Shown one piece after another: positions 52,331-64,000 of a stretch of 64,000 bases of DNA (position 1 is the stretch's first letter; each line of letters starts with the position of its first letter). The translations under genes were made by a program, and so were the position numbers. The notes beneath the pieces were generated by a model, which ran no database searches, was not told the DNA's origin, and saw only the letters and a list, made by a program, of their open reading frames with translations. The stretch is from the NCBI GenBank assembly GCA_050084985.1, contig JBITNC010000001.1:211668001-211732000 (forward strand), given 5' to 3'. This DNA comes from Nageia nagi. Lineage: Eukaryota > Plantae > Pinophyta.

Positions 52331-54983
52331 ATCTCAAAATAAGACCACCTTAATTAGGCAAATAAAATGTAAAAGAATGCACCTTGACTTGAAGAGGAAA
52401 GAAAGATTTATTTTCTTCATGTAACTCTGCACCAAGTTTGAAAATAATCAAAACAAAATGAAAATAGCAAGAGATAAATAGGTAGTTGTTGGTATTTTTC
52501 CAACGCTCTACTCTATTTATAGCTAAAGAGGCTCAAATGTGTCCAAATGGACATCTCCTCACACCATCAATAATTTTGGGTTAGGTTTGCTTAAAGTTGG
52601 AATTGATGGTAATAGTATTTAATACTTTGGAATCTTTTTCATTAGTTGACAATTTAGTGCCAACTCTTATTCACACTTAACACAAAAATACAAAACTAAG
52701 TAAGGTCATTTCTTTATTATTTTTCTAGCTATTAAATATCATGTAATACCACAAGAAGACGTTAGTCTCTATCTAATAGTGTTTTTTACTATTAACCCTA
52801 TGTGGCAATAATATGGACACTTATATTCAACTTTTACCTCATGAAATTTATTTTTCTAACCTTATAATAATTTTCAAATTTAACTAAAGGTATATCCCAT
52901 TTTCCCCTTCATTTCAAAATTTGAATTTCAAAAATATCAAACAAAGGAAAACACATCTTTACCTGCGACAGTCACCTCGTCCTACAGGGTACGGTTAATC
53001 CACATATTTTTGCAAACATATTTTCATCGAGAAATCAACAATCACAACAATAATTTTACATGCATCTACATGATTTATGATGGTCATAGGGTATGTCAGC
53101 GAATCAACGCCAATCATTTCCTCCTCTTATTCTTCCGTTCCTGTCACCAATTCACCTTTGGTTCGTAGGGTCTTTGGGTTGCTTCTCCACTCTCTGACCT
53201 GTGTCAAAACATCTTGAAGCCAGCATCAAATTGTCACAAATGATACATATTCTCATATCAAACTTATCATTACCATAGTATTATGTAAACATAATTCATT
53301 CAAATCTTCGATGGTACTCAAGGTCAAACAGTGTCTTGAGGTGGGTCGTAATATTTTTCAAGCAAAATGCACATTTTTAGGCTTTGCATGCACCAAAAAC
53401 CCAAAATACCTTTGATGCTTTTGATCAAAGAAGGAAAATGGCCGCCCATGCTCAAAACATGCTTTGAAAACCCCAAATTGCACAAAAACTTGGCATATAC
53501 CTTCTTAATCCATTCCTCATCCATCCATGGCCTCGAAATCACTTTTTTGAAAATTTTCCAAAATCATCCACTTTTTCAGAAAATCTTCTCAAAATTGCTT
53601 GAAAATTTGCTAAGATATTCACATGAAGGGCGAATCTAGATTGAGAGAAAGAGAGAGCTCAAAAGATTGAAAAATGAACCCAAAATGATGATTTGAAGCT
53701 TCAAATTTTGCCAAATTGATGCAAAATACCTCAAGATCTGTTGTAGAAGGCTCAAATTTCTAAAAAGTTTATTTTAAAGCAAAATTAGTGGGATGAGTGT
53801 TTTTCTCCTTCTAAACGAAATTTTAATCTCAATCTAGCATTCAATTAGCATTTAATTTTTGCAAAATTAGAAATTAGGATTTTAAAAAAAAGTCTATAAA
53901 TAGACCCTATGGGGTCTCATTTGTTCCAAAGCCTATTATGTGATAAAAGTGAAACTTTTGTAAAAGAGGAGCAAATTGATGCATTTCTGCACCACTCTTT
54001 TATATAGCAATACAAAGTGGTTAAGTTAAAAATCGAACTTGTGTTATGAATTGAACCTTAAGGGCTATCTTCGTTGTTTTGTGCGTTTTCGCATCTTTCC
54101 TTTGTAAACTTACGAGTTTTAGGGAAAATATCATTGCATTATTTTACAAAGTGTTTGAAACTAGTTTTTGATAGTTGCTTAATTCATTGCATGCATGTTA
54201 GGTAAAGTATTCTGAATTTGTTTCCACTGTTATGACATCAAACAAGATTCTTCGATTCAAACTCTAACTTCTTCCCACATGTTCTTCCAACGTGTTCATT
54301 TGATTGATTTGGTCTGTTTACGCTACCAAAAATCAACCTTACTACAAGCTCTTCTTTGAAACAACTCGAACAATATTTTTTTGTTTGCAATGTTGGATGA
54401 CTTGGATGAGACTTTCTTAACTGATTCAAAAGGGATAAACTATTTTGACAATGCTTTATTGTGGTGATCAATTTGGTATCTGACCAAGTATCTGTTTTTC
54501 TCATAATGCTGCTTCTCAATTTACTGTATTGCCTTTACGCTTTCTTTTATGCTGTCAAATAAATCAAATACAATTTCTAAATTTATACACAAATGTTACG
54601 AAATTTTTTTATATATAATATGTTGGTTAACAATTACTATCTCTAAACATTCTAATCGAGCTGATTCCTAAAGAGAAAGACTTCAAAGATGTGAAAGACT
54701 TGCATAGCATTCATTTGATTGTTTTGTAGATTTTGCAGAAAGCTTGAGGTAATCAGTCCTTACAAGTGGGGAATAAGTAATGCGTTTCCACCTAAGATGC
54801 TAGGCAGCTTGCACCTCTGGTGATTCAGAGTTATTGGTGGTAAAGAATTTCTTCCCAACAGAACATTCATCGAATTCGAAAATGATTGGGCTTCTATGTG
54901 TGTAAATTATGAGCTTGGATGGCTAACAAAAACATTATGGTCAAGGAATTTATAAACAAAAGTAATAAAAGGTATGACAAAAC

Positions 54984-56048
54984 CATTGTTTGAAAAAATG
55001 TGTATGGGAATAAAATGACTATGGGTTAATTTTAAAAAGTGGCAACATATTGGAGAAAAACAGAGAGAACAAGAAAAAAAATGTGCACATTTAAAAGGAA
55101 AAAAAATGGCAAAAATGAGAGAAAAACTTGGTACATTAAAAAACATTAATTCTTTTTATATTTTTAATAGAATATGCTTATCTAATTCTGATAAAACATT
55201 CCCATATGGGCCATATCATCCAACAACAAATTCATGACATAAATTTAAAGAAAGTGATAGTGAATCATAATTCATATTCATAAATCAGAACATTGATATA
55301 CAAAAAGTTGAAAACATATGAAATAAAATATTAAAAAGTCATTTACAAAATGTGTATTAGACGTCTACTCATAAGTCTCGTACTACCAAGTGCCAACATG
55401 GCAACAAGTACAGAAAATACAAGGTCAAGGACTCAAGGCATCGACGGCCTAGGCCTTTGGCCCTTTTATTAACCAATCAACCACGAGTACCACTGCCATG
55501 TGCTATACTAGTAGGTGTAGGACTAGGAGTGCCTGGAGGGCCATTGAATGGTGGTACATACTGCCAAAAAGGATCCAATTCTTTAGGCACCTTGATTTTT
55601 AGACCGTAGAATGCAAGAAAATGAGAAATCTGAAATGCAACCCCAGCAATATTCTCCCATGGTGGAAAATGATCATGGTGTACAAATGCAATGTCTAAAT
55701 CACAAAATCAAGCTACAAGAATACTCCCTTCAGCTCCACTCTGCTTTCTTACAAGTTTGCACAAGAAAAATGAAAAAAAAAACTCACTTTCCATTTAAAA
55801 CAATGCTTCTGCTGTCTCTTGGTGTTTTCGCACCGTACTTGCCATTATATTGTCATTGTATTGCAAATTTTTCCTTCGTTTTTTCTGACTTAAAAACTCC
55901 ACCTTTTTTTTTTTGGGCAAACTTGACATTTTTTCATCTAGAAAAATATTCCTTCAAGAAACACCGTTTTTTAATGAAAATATCGAGGCCTTGAAAAAGT
56001 GTGAGAAAACGTCAAAATGACCTTATATCGGGGTTTTTTCATACCATG
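54984..56048. mobile_element. Non-autonomous hAT derivative (1065 bp)
   Basis: Perfect 8-bp TSD gacaaaac; imperfect TIRs cattgtttgaaaaaa / ttttttcataccatg. Subterminal homology to ~43873-44290. Confidence 0.88.
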
Positions 56049-56229
56049 GACAAAACCAATGTTCATCATGCCAACAAGTAGATGATGAATTACATTCAGA
56101 AAGTAAGCAACACTATCATCAACACAACATTTGGCATATGCATGTAATGGGTTTAAAACTTTAATATTACTTGGTGAAGATGTAGATATCAAAAGGTGGC
56201 TTTGTTAGTTACAGACTAAAGAAATACTA

Positions 56230-57040
56230 CTTGCCAAGCTGTATGGTATAATGCTGAAAATGAAGCTAATAGAAGAGCTAGAGCATTGGAATCTTAGGGC
56301 TGTAGAATAGGCTGGATTTAGGACTGATTACCAGACTATTGACCACACCATTACCTTTTGGGCTATCATTGAGGAGGCTCACCAACGATCCTTCAAAGTC
56401 TTATGTTGCTTTGTTGACTTTAGAAACGTTTTTGATTTTGTTCTGAGATTTCTCCTCCTCAAACAACTTCATGACATCAGTAGCTTTGATTGCCTTATCC
56501 TAGCTATCACACGATTATATGAGGCACTCATGGCCTTTTTACTTTATCACAAGCACTATCGGGATCAAACATGGTTGTCCCCTTTCAATGACCTTTTTTG
56601 GTATCTATGTTGACAAGCTTGAGGGCTTCCTTTGTCACCACACTCATGCAAATAACAATTGCTTTCTTCATCATGTGTTGTTTGTTACTCTTCTGCTTGT
56701 TGACAATGTGATCTCCTCTCCCACTTTTCCAAGGGTTTACAAAGACAGTTAGATGCTCTTGTTTGTTTTTGCAATATTCGATAATTTGTAGTCACCCTTA
56801 ACAAAACCCAGGTCATGATTTTTAACACTTCCAAAAATGTTGTATCTCAGTTTTATCCTCTACAAAGGGGAGCCTGTGGAGATCACAACCTCCTACACCT
56901 ATTTGGGGGTTTTGTTTTTTAGGCCTTCTTTCAATTTGAGATATGCTTCTCAGTCACTTCTTTGCAAGGGTTATGATTCTCTCTGTCCTGGAACAACAAT
57001 GTTTTTAAGTCCATTTTTTGGATATCCCTTTGAAGATGCT
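56230..57040 (+). pseudogene. Non-LTR retrotransposon (LINE) reverse transcriptase fragment
   Basis: AGFRTDYQTIDH, CCFVDFRNVFD, GIKHGCPLSMTFFGIYVD, GLQRQLDAL and YTYLGV motifs. Confidence 0.85.
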
Positions 57041-57933
57041 GAATGTATTCTGATGATAGAGCTCTCAATGTATTCTGACCATTTTCAGGTTATGATGCAA
57101 AGAATGCCATCATTTGACCCATAGAGCTTTCAATGTATTCTGGCCATAATTATCAGACTCAGATTGTATACTAACCATAATTATCAGACTCAGACTTGGC
57201 AAAAATAACATGCAGAAAAACATAATTTGACCTCCAAAAAACTGTGTTTTGTCCCAAAGATTGTTAAAATTAAAAAACTCACCAACTTGGCTTGTGGTTA
57301 CTTTTTTTTGAGTCACATGACTCAGGACTCACTATTAATTGTCGAATTTTGCTACTATGAAAATTAAATGGCCTTTATCTCATGCCAATCGCTGATTGAT
57401 AAATTTCTTACTAAGGATTATGTTTACATCATTCTACATTTCTTATTAAGTAAACCTGTTAGGATTGGGTAATTCTCAGGGAACTCTCGTACCATTTGGA
57501 AGATATATCATGCACAGTTGATATAACTAGTTGTTTTATTGCTTAGCTAATGAAAGCCTAAATATATAATTACTTGTACATTGAACTACATTTTGGCTAG
57601 CACACCTGTAATGTTGCATACATGTAATATGGATCTTTGTGTTCCTTATCGCAACATGGAATATTGCAAATTTAAATGATGAGGAAACATCTGATTTTTA
57701 GCTCATTACTTTGGACAAACTGGATCTAGGAATAGTTTGTAGTATATAAGTCAACCATCATGGCAATCCTGTTGGCATGCTAAAGTTTGGTATTTTGTGA
57801 GTTGTGTGGACATCTAACCATATCATTTTAAGAAGAGCAAAATAATTTTAATTCACAGATATGTTTGCCCCTTGCCTATGATTTCTGTGACCTCGTTAAT
57901 TTCTCATTTTGAATTGGTGTGTCACTTTGGCAG

Positions 57934-58104
57934 GCAGAATCAACAGTAATAAACCAGTGTAGACAGCTGCTTTCTCCTTCTGTTGATCCTGCATACGTTG
58001 TTACATACATCAGTCATAGTTTTCCTCAGCATCGACAATACCTTTGTGCTGGGGCTTGGATGATCATGGATGGACATCCAGAAACCATTAACACTGCAAA
58101 TCTT
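57934..58104 (+). CDS. MED23: MED23 internal exon (AESTVINQCRQLLSPS...HSFPQHRQYLCAGAW...NL)
   Basis: Boundaries tggcag| and |gtaagc; 171 nt; continues QAWQQ-AETTVINQC of MED23. Confidence 0.95.
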
Positions 58105-58240
58105 GTAAGCTGATGGAACTTTTATTCGCATTTTTCCTTCTGTTGTTGATACCAATGAATTGAAGGTGTTCATTTTGTAATGAGAAATCTGTCGAGTTAC
58201 CAAGGCTATAACATGGGGTCTAATTAACTTTTGAATTAAG

Positions 58241-58354
58241 GGACGAGTATTGAAGGAACTCTCTCCAGAGGAGGTTACGTCTAACATATATACGATGGTG
58301 GATGTCCTTCTCCACCATATCCAGTTACAAGTGCAACACGGCCATAACATACAG
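58241..58354 (+). CDS. MED23: MED23 internal exon (GRVLKELSPEEVTSNIYTMVDVLLHHIQ...IQ)
   Basis: Boundaries attaag| and CAG|gtattg; 114 nt; SPEEVTxNIYTxVDVLLHH motif. Confidence 0.93.
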
Positions 58355-58535
58355 GTATTGTACTATTGCTTTTTTTATCTGAGAGATGCTATTTCCATTG
58401 GCTTTTATTTGTGCATTGTTCCGGTGGATTGAAAGACAATAAAGCTTGGGTGTTGCCAATTCTATTTTATTTAATCACCTGTAGCATGCAGGTATTGAAT
58501 CATTTGTGAGGAAGTCATTTTTAAACTAATTTCAG

Positions 58536-58661
58536 GAGCTGCTGTTGAAGTCTAGTGCAAGCTTGGCTTTCTTCATGTGGACGCATGAGCTATTGCCAGT
58601 GGACATTGTACTTCTGGCTCTCATTGATAGAGATGATGACCCTTATGCTTTACGTCTTGTG
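58536..58661 (+). CDS. MED23: MED23 internal exon (ELLLKSSASLAFFMWTHELLPVDIVLLALIDRDDDPYALRLV)
   Basis: Boundaries tttcag| and GTG|gtatgt; 126 nt; WTHELLPxDIxLLALIDRDDDP motif. The next exon was not found within the window. Confidence 0.95.
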
Positions 58662-59608
58662 GTATGTTTTGGAAATAATTGCTTATCTGATGCAGTGATT
58701 TCTTTTATTATTATTCTTATTTTCAGTAATGACCTATCAACCACATTTCTAGATTCCGTAATGCAATAATATGATAAGATTTTCTTTGCTTTTGTTTTGG
58801 TTGCTTTTTATTTGCATTCTTCTCTTTTCCTTTTGTTTTTTCTTTTTTTGGGTTAAATATAGGGAAACTTGGAATGCTACTTTGGAATCTGAAGAGGTAA
58901 AGAGTTAAAAAATTAAGAAAATTACATTAATATTCAATAATGGATAGAGAAAGATAATAATTTTTTAAAAATGTTCAACAGTGACTAAAATAGGTCAACA
59001 GGGCTCAAAAGAGTTAGCTTGATACAGGACATTCAGAAATCTCCAAACTCATTAGGTGATATAGCAAGAACATTACATGAAGCAAAGGCATTAGGTGTTC
59101 TCATTCTTAGAAATATGGTGATCTGTCTCCACTCAAAGCTTGTGGGATCAAACTCTTATATGCAAAAGTGCTGGCCTTAAAAAGCCAACTTAGGGCTAAG
59201 AAGACAGGGTTGAGAGATCCAAGTGACCTGAATATATTGCCAGTGTATATCTTCTTGATGTTAGTTTTTGGAAGAAAGCAAGTAATTGAAGCAAGGACAA
59301 GAACTTGTATCGCATGACTGTTTATCAACCACATTAACTAAGAAAGCATGGTGGCAAAGTCTTTTAAGAGGTCAATGGAATTACCATGTAGTATGGTGCA
59401 GAAATTTTAGTGCTTGAAGGCAACTTCTGCATGAGCCAAGCGTTGTGGAATTTATGCATGAATGCCTCATGTCTTCAATTATTTTTGGTGACTGCACATG
59501 AAATCAGATGTTATAAACCAATTTAATGCCCAATTAAATCAAATAAGGATTATGTCTAGGGTCAAGCTAATCACGAGAAAGACACATTTCAGCAGACATG
59601 TACCAATT

Positions 59609-60789
59609 TGTGACGTCCCCCTTGTACAATTGTAATTAATTCTAGAATCCAACAGATTCCCCCTTTGTATAATTAATTATTTAATTTTTGCTTTTTAGTT
59701 AATACTTGGGATAGAAGACTTAATGGGCCATTGGACCCCACTGTGAGCCCCCAGTGGGATGTCTCCCTCCCAAGTGTAATTTAGTGTGTTTTAATGTATT
59801 TGGAGATCCCAAAACATGATTGTGGGAATCCCAAGGTCTATTTAGCACTTAGAGCATGGATGAGCACTTGTACACATGCGCCAGCCTTGGGGAGACTTCT
59901 AGATCCCCACGTTGGCCCATGACACCCATGTTGCCCCTTAGATGCCCACGCATACCTCCTTGACCCACGCATGCATACCTAAGCCTATGTTGAGCTTGAG
60001 GACTCACATGGAGCATGAGGAAGGCCCAAATACCCATGTTGGGCTTGAAATGACTCCTAGGTGCTATCATTGGGGTTTGAGGGGATTAGTGATGAGTTTG
60101 AGGTGAGATCCAGATCCAGGAAAGCTATATTCGCCCTTGGAGCCTTATTGCTAGACATAGAGATTATTGATTATACACTTACCGTCCAAAGGACATAAGT
60201 TTTGGTGCAGTGTCAAGCAATATCCCTAGGTGCAACATCTAGGAGGGGTGACAGGCTGAGGGATCTTGTTAATCTACGGCTTTGGTGTAGCACCCTAGCT
60301 CATCTGGTGGTATTCTGGGGTCACACTTCTACCATTCATTTGGTTGCTAGGGTTTGGAGAGGGCTCTTTTGGTAGAGAGAATTCATATTTTGAGGGAGTG
60401 AGGCTGTTCCATATAGTGTTTTGTCTGTCCAGCATTGAGGATATTCGTTGTGCCCTAGTTGGATCCTTGGAGGCCAACATTGAGCCCTTTGGGCCTAGTA
60501 TTGTATCTTGTTTCATCATACATCCTAATACAAGCCATGGGCTATTGGATCTCATATTTGTGTTGCGCATACTTATCTATTGGCATCGTTGGATTACTTT
60601 TGCATGTATATGTTTGTGTAAGCCATATGTTGGCATTATGAGGGTTTGAATACTTGTATTTACTAGTCTTGGCCAGACGTTCACATTATTGCATTGCTTG
60701 AACTTTATCTAGATGCCCTAGGTTAGACGTTGGAGAATACTTATGTGTTTTTGATTTAAATGCACTTGAATTGTGATTGGGATTCTATA
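59609..60789 (+). mobile_element. Solo LTR (1181 bp), same subfamily as the element A LTRs
   Basis: Termini tgtgacgtcccc...gattctata (CA>TA); perfect TSD caatt. Confidence 0.9.
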
Positions 60790-61516
60790 CAATTTCCATG
60801 CCAAGAGGCCACACACTAGCAAAAACTTGGAAAACGGTGTGGATTTAGAGGACCATCAACTATGATGTCGGCTACCATATAAGACCTTGATTAGGAACTA
60901 AGAATCACGATGGGAGAGAGCCCTCAGTAGGGGGGAATGGGTAGGGCGATCATGGGGTGGAACTGGAAACCTACTTCTAACATCCAAGGCCGAAGGGCTA
61001 CAAGTAGCAATGAAGAAGGTGGTAATCAAAGATTGCCTATGTTGTCTTGTGTTGCAGGTACACTTCATCAGACTTCAGAATTTGATCTCAAAATTTTAAA
61101 TTCTAAGGTTTCTGACAAAATTTAGCCTCCTAGGGTGTTTCCTGAAAGAACGCCATCGCATTTTCAAAACGTGTCCACGTGTAGAAAACGCGTTGACCCA
61201 ACACATTTTACATGAAATATGACCACATTTCAGTCTGCCAACTTTGGGCAGTTAAGGGCGAATTGTCAAGTTTTTTGTTCGTTTTAGTTAGTTTCTTAGT
61301 TGTTTTACCTTTTGTTTCTTCTTGTTAAGCCTTGGGATTGATAAATAAACAATCTGGACTTGTTCTTTATTTAGATTGTGGTGTAGATTGGTGTAACTCA
61401 TAGATTTCACCTAGACTTGTAATGCAAACTATTTGACGAAATGTCACAGTGAAGTTTTCTTCAATAAATCATTAGTTTTGATGATCGAAATTTTAAATTC
61501 AACCATAAAGTAGCAA

Positions 61517-62480
61517 TATAGGATCATCAAACCCTGACGTTAGGTCTAGGGCATCCAATACACACATTCAAACCCTCAGGCATGTAACGTTAGGGTTAGA
61601 GCATTAACATTCAACATTCAGATACCCAAAATGCCAATGCCTAAGTATAACATGCAAGATCCAATGATTAACACATCCACATGCCAACGTCTAGCATTTG
61701 CAAGCATTAAACACTGAATAGCACATCAGAATGCCAATGTCTGGTTCATACATGTACAATGAACATAAATAATCCAACGCAAGCACTAGTATGAAAGGTA
61801 CAAACACAAGATTGAGATCCGAAGCCCTCTGGCTGTACATGAAAGATATATAATGAATGTGATACAATACCAAGCCCAATGGGCAATTGTTGACCTCAAA
61901 GGAGCCAACTAGGGCACAACACTCTGCAATCTCTAATGCCGAACAACTGTAGAACCAAGGGATAGATTCACTCCCTTAGATCTTGAATCCTCTCCACCAA
62001 AGGAGCCCTCCTCGAAACCTGGATAACAATTGACGGTAGAAGTAAACCCTCGGAATGCCATCGGATGGGCAAGGTACTTGACCTATGCCGTAGATAATTA
62101 GGATTCCACGCTTGATTACCCTCTAGATGCTCCGCTTAGGAAAGGAATGCTTAGTACTACTCAGACTCTATGCCTGAAGGACTGTAATAGAAGTAATGTA
62201 TATTCAATAGTTGTCCAATATAGAAGCTCCAATGTCTATTTATACATTGCTTGTGTCCGGAACTCACCTAGGATTCATCCTAGGCCCATCTAATCCAACA
62301 TTGGGTATTTGGGGCACCCAATCACTTAAAAGTGCCAATGTGGAGGGCATAATCATCTATTATGCCAACGTGGGGGTCATGACCACATAAAGTGCCAACG
62401 TGGGGGTCTTGGAGTCCTCAAGAGCCAACGTGGGGGTATGGGGCCTCCCCAGTGTGGTGCTAGCATGCTTGTGGCCGTCC
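61517..62480 (-). mobile_element. Partial Gypsy LTR of the same family
   Basis: Contains cctctccaccaaaggagccctcc and 30-bp ccaacgtgggg subrepeats; truncated by Copia sequence. Confidence 0.8.
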
Positions 62481-62504
62481 AAGTTGTGTTGAAGATCTGT
62501 TGTA

Positions 62505-64000
62505 ATGGCAAGCAACTCCAATTCAATACCAATCCTTGAATTTGATTTTATTGATTATGAATACTGGAGCATCAGAATGTTGAATCTCTTGGAAGGAAAA
62601 TATTTATGAGACATTGTAGAGGATGGCTACAAAGAACCTCATGATTGAAGTGTTTTGAGTCAAGTCACTAAGAAGGAGACCAAGGAGAGGAGAAGAAGAA
62701 CTTCTTGGCCTTGTCTTATATTCAATCTACTATTGATAAGAGCATATTCCCACGAATCTCTGCTCACAAAACTGCCATTGATGCATGGAAAGCCTTGAAA
62801 GAAGGCTACCAAGGAAGTGTCAAAGTGAAGGAGGTCAAACTTCAGACCTTGAGAAGAGATTTTGAGAATCTCAAGCAGCATGAAAATGAGAGTGTGGGTG
62901 ATTATTGTGTAAGGTTGAAGGCCATAGTGAACAAAATGGCCACCCTTGGTGATGAAATTGACAAAGCTTTGGTGATTAAGAAAGTCTTGAGGACTTTACT
63001 TTCAAAATGGGATAATGTGGCTCTTGTTATTGAAGAGACCAAAGATCTTTCCACTATGGAGTTTGATCAGTTAGTTGGCTCTCTTACATCATAGGAAGAC
63101 AGGTTTTTGAGAAGATCTAATATTGGTGCAAGTGAAGAACAAGCATTCTCATCCATGGAGAATGAGAGCAATAGTGGAAGAGGTCAAAGTAGAAGCTCTA
63201 GAGGTAGAGGCCGGAATGGAAGAGGAGGAAAAAGAGGCTCTTCTGGTAGAGGAAGAGGGAGAGATCAAAATTCTGATGGTGACCAAGCCAATAGTGCAAG
63301 TGTAAGAGAAGGAACTAGTTCCAGAGGTATAGGAAGAGACAAGAAGAATATGCAATGCTATCATTGTAACAAGTATGGTCATTATGAGAGGGAGTGCAGG
63401 CTAAAACAAGCGTCTGAAAACATTAGATCAGACAAGTATGGGGAAGAAGAATCCTATGAAGAGGATGTCTTGTTTCTTTCTATTGTCCAAGAAGAGTTTA
63501 GCCCAGTCATGTTTCACACAATCAAGTGCAACCCAGAAATCACAATTTTGATTCCCCATCACAAATGGGGTCTTCTAGTGCATCATCAAGTCCACAAAAT
63601 GGTTCTTCTTCACCTCCATCACCAAGTGAGAGTGTAAATCAGTCAATGAAAGGTAAAGGATTTTTGAAAGATCATCCATCTTCCCAAATGATTGATCAAA
63701 ATTTTTTCTAGAAGGTTGACAAGTAGTCAACACAAGGAGCTTGATACTACATTGCAAAGGCTTGAAAACTTGCAAATTTTGGGAGATGAAGACAATGGTG
63801 AGCCCAAAAGTGATATGGTAAATTATGCTCTTATTTCTACTACTTCCATTGCACATGTTTCTAAATCTTCTAAAGTTACTAAACTTGATGATTTTGAGCC
63901 TTCTTTTTTTGAACAAGCTTGTTCTAACAAAGTGTGGATTAAGGCTATGAATGAGGAGATGTCTTCTATTGTCAAGAATGACACATGGGAGTTGTGTGAT
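62505..64000 (+). mobile_element. Ty1/Copia remnant: gag joined by deletion to the start of RT (runs off window)
   Basis: KLQTLRRDFENLKQ (UBN2-type gag) and zinc knuckle CYHCNKYGHYEREC, then EPSFFEQA...WIKAMNEEMSSIVKNDTWELC. Protease and integrase are absent. Confidence 0.92.

Larger units (their letters stand above)
47337..54860 (+). mobile_element. Giant solo-LTR-like insertion F (7524 bp)
   Basis: Termini tgttg...caaca; TSD ggaca/gaaca. The 5' end (acaacac.ccc...ttt.ggggaccc) and 3' motif (aagtgggg..taagtaa.gc...tccac) are shared with insertion C. TATA ctataaata near 53894; no gag-pol. Confidence 0.75.

Noticed and set aside
57056-57360. Small 25-31 bp duplications and the palindrome tgagtcacatgactca
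   Set aside because: Probably a decayed MITE end or repair scar; boundaries cannot be supported.
58662-61500. Next MED23 exon, or another gene
   Set aside because: No frame resembling the expected MED23 continuation and no credible spliced ORF; 60800-61500 remains unclassified.

Overview
Eukaryotic plant DNA; the giant introns, gene sequence and TE types suggest a gymnosperm (inference). The window lies entirely inside one + strand gene, Mediator subunit 23 (MED23). Seven internal exons (993 nt, 331 codons, all GT-AG, frame intact) are separated by introns of 27.5 kb, 6.7 kb, 92 bp, 15.6 kb, 136 bp and 181 bp. The long introns are filled with nested, decayed transposons: non-autonomous Gypsy elements with mosaic non-pol interiors, a chromovirus pol remnant, five ~1.2-kb solo LTRs with target-site duplications (TSDs), LINE fragments, hAT derivatives and a deleted Copia. 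The most unusual objects are two related giant solo-LTR-like insertions, 13248-22338 (~6.7 kb net of nested inserts) and 47337-54860 (7.5 kb), each with TG...CA-type ends and a 5-bp TSD. The first carries a decayed ~1,150-codon gene upstream of the LTR TATA box, preceded by an array of about 9 fixed-geometry inverted-repeat sites (TGGTCGCA-N22-CATCT-N11-TGCGACCA). The second has its own motif array and a decayed antisense coding remnant. Together they suggest a candidate LTR-encoded protein plus cognate DNA-site system (hypothesis). All homology calls are by eye, without database searches.
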